This document shows, in pieces, positions 61,773-64,000 of a stretch of 64,000 nucleotides of DNA. The stretch's first letter is position 1. Every line of letters starts with the position of its first letter. The notes under the pieces were generated by a model, which saw nothing but the letters and a program-made list of their open reading frames with translations, was not told the DNA's origin and did no database searches. Origin of the DNA: Nemertoderma westbladi (Eukaryota > Animalia > Xenacoelomorpha); contig JAUCBJ010004543.1 in the NCBI GenBank assembly GCA_032718475.1, positions 62,001-126,000 on the forward strand. Reading direction: 5' to 3'. Made by a program: the position numbers and the translations under genes.

Positions 61773-62762
61773 TATAAGGACAACATTCTCATATTAATAG
61801 GGACAACATTCTCATATTAATAGGGACAACATTCTCATATTAATAAGGACAACATTCTCATATTAATAAGATTAATAAGGACAACATTCTCATATTAATA
61901 AGGACTACATTCTCATATTAATAAGGACAACATTCTCATATTAATAAGGACAACATTCTCATATTAATAAGGACAACTTTCTCATATTAATAAGGACAAC
62001 ATTCTCATATTAATAAGGACAACATTCTCATATTAATAAGGACAACTTTCTCATATTAATAAGGACAACATTCTCATATTAATAAGGACAACATTCTCAT
62101 ATTAATAAGGACAACATTCTCATATTAATAAGGACAACATTCTCATATTAATAAGGACAACATTCTCATATTAATAAGGACAACATTCTCATATTAATAA
62201 GGACAACATTCTCATATTAATAAGGACAACATTCTCATATTAATAAGGACAACATTCTCATATTAATAAGGACAACATTCTCATATTAATAAGGACAACT
62301 TTATCATATTAATAAGGACAACATTCTCATATTAATAAGGACAACATTCTCATATTAATAAGGACAACATTCTCATATTAATAAGGACAACATTCTCATA
62401 TTAATAAGGACAACATTCTCATATTAATAAGGACAACATTCTCATATTAATAAGGACAACATTCTCATATTAATAAGGACAACATTCTCATATTAATAAG
62501 GACAACATTCTCATATTAATAAGGACAACATTCTCATATTAATAAGGACAACTTTCTCATATTAATAAGGACAACATTCTCATATTAATAAGGACAACAT
62601 TCTCATATTAATAAGGACAACATTCTCATATTAATAAGGACAACATTCTCATATTAATAAGGACAACATTCTCATATTAATAAGGACTACATTCTCATAT
62701 TAATAAGGACAACTTTCTCATATTAATAAGGACAACATTCTCATATTAATAATGACTACATT
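61773..62762. repeat. 23-bp minisatellite, ~42 copies
   Basis: Unit ataaggacaacattctcatatta. Confidence 0.97.
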
Positions 62763-64000
62763 ATCAATTATTATTTCTAATCAACATTTCCTTTGCAAAC
62801 AATACAAATATAAAAAAATAGCATCTTTCAGCAACCAAAAGTAATGCACTGCTATCTATAATCATATCTTCAGAAAAATAATTTGCAATCCTAATCTGTT
62901 CAGGTAATAATAATAATATTAGACGAATCGGCAATATATTGATTCTTAAATAAACAAAAAAAAACAAAGATAAAAATACAAATGCGATTGATGGCGGTAA
63001 AACTATCAGCTGGAAAGCGAATAAAATGAGAATAAAACATATAGCCGAGGACTTTATATATCAGGATAAAATAAAGTGAGACCTGGGGGGGGGGGGACGC
63101 AAATGTCATGTTGGCGTATTAATGTCACGTATCAGGAGTCGGTTACGGTAGCAAGTTATTCTAACCAAAACAATAAACCAAGTTACAGTTTAATTTTAGA
63201 GAATAACGAGCTGTTATTTGCGTCAATTAATTATTATATGTTTAAAGGATTCCTTTAATTGTTTGGCTAATATTTATTCGCTGTACCGGTGGGTTACCGG
63301 TATATTTACTTTAATATCTTTTATTCTAGAACGTAAAGCAAGTAACTAGGCGGTTTAAAATATTATAAACTTTTAACTAAACTATTTTTTGTACTTATAC
63401 ATTGTCGCACTAATAATGAGAAACATGGCTGACTAACTGTGTGACACAAAACGGGAATATTTATCAACTAAATTAATTATAATAATAGTAAATACCGTAA
63501 CAACTAAATAATAATATTATGAAAATCAAAATAAAATGCTGACTATAATATAGAATCCATTGCAACCGACAATCACTATATAACTGCATTACAAGCCGCA
63601 CCAACACTTATATTTATTAACAATAATTATATTAATAGATTCTACTAAACTCTCATACAATCCATCACATAAAATATTCTAGAACTCCAACAATTCGAGG
63701 AGATACATTACAATTTAATTACCAAATAAATAAGTTGGCTTATAATTAATTACCAGCAATAATTACCTGGGATACAGATATGAACAGCTATAAAGTAATT
63801 CCCCATTCCAAATATTACAATTTTATTTAGCAAATCTATATAATTATTAATTACGGCATAATTAATTATAAAACCTTTTCAAAAAAAATTAAATTCACTC
63901 TAAACATTCCTATCCTATTACAATCTATATAAAATAGCACAATTAAATCATTACACTATCATGATAATTTCCATAAACTAAATATTTGCCAATGAATAAT

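Noticed and set aside
30527-62762. CRISPR-like appearance of the 23-53-bp arrays
   Set aside because: Units are head-to-tail with no unique spacers, there are no cas genes, and the context is a spliced eukaryotic gene.
61490-64000. 3' end of a convergent minus-strand gene
   Set aside because: A minus-strand AATAAA near 61502 and AT-rich sequence are compatible, but I could not identify any coding exon in the window.

Overview
AT-rich eukaryotic (invertebrate-animal-like) genomic DNA, not prokaryotic. Almost the whole window (1269-58433, + strand) is the 3' part of one giant spectraplakin gene of the MACF1/dystonin/Shot/VAB-10 family. It has a ~14.7-kb exon of divergent plectin (plakin)-type repeats, ~40 spectrin-repeat exons including a 2.9-kb one, two EF-hands, a GAS2/GAR domain and a Ser/Thr-rich SxIP tail. 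I traced 46 GT-AG exons by eye with consistent phases (~8,800 codons; the N-terminus lies upstream of the window), plus one optional exon. The introns hold an internally deleted piggyBac with a nested CACTA-like element, several MITE/foldback elements with visible TSDs, tRNA-headed SINEs, a LINE ORF1 remnant and minisatellites, several of which sit on splice sites. The strongest leads are a ~77-copy satellite built from an exon end plus its splice donor, an optional post-GAS2 exon whose read-through adds a hydrophobic tail, a possible in-frame piggyBac exon trap, and an intronic CRE-site array. All coordinates were read manually and family assignments come from motif recognition, not database searches.
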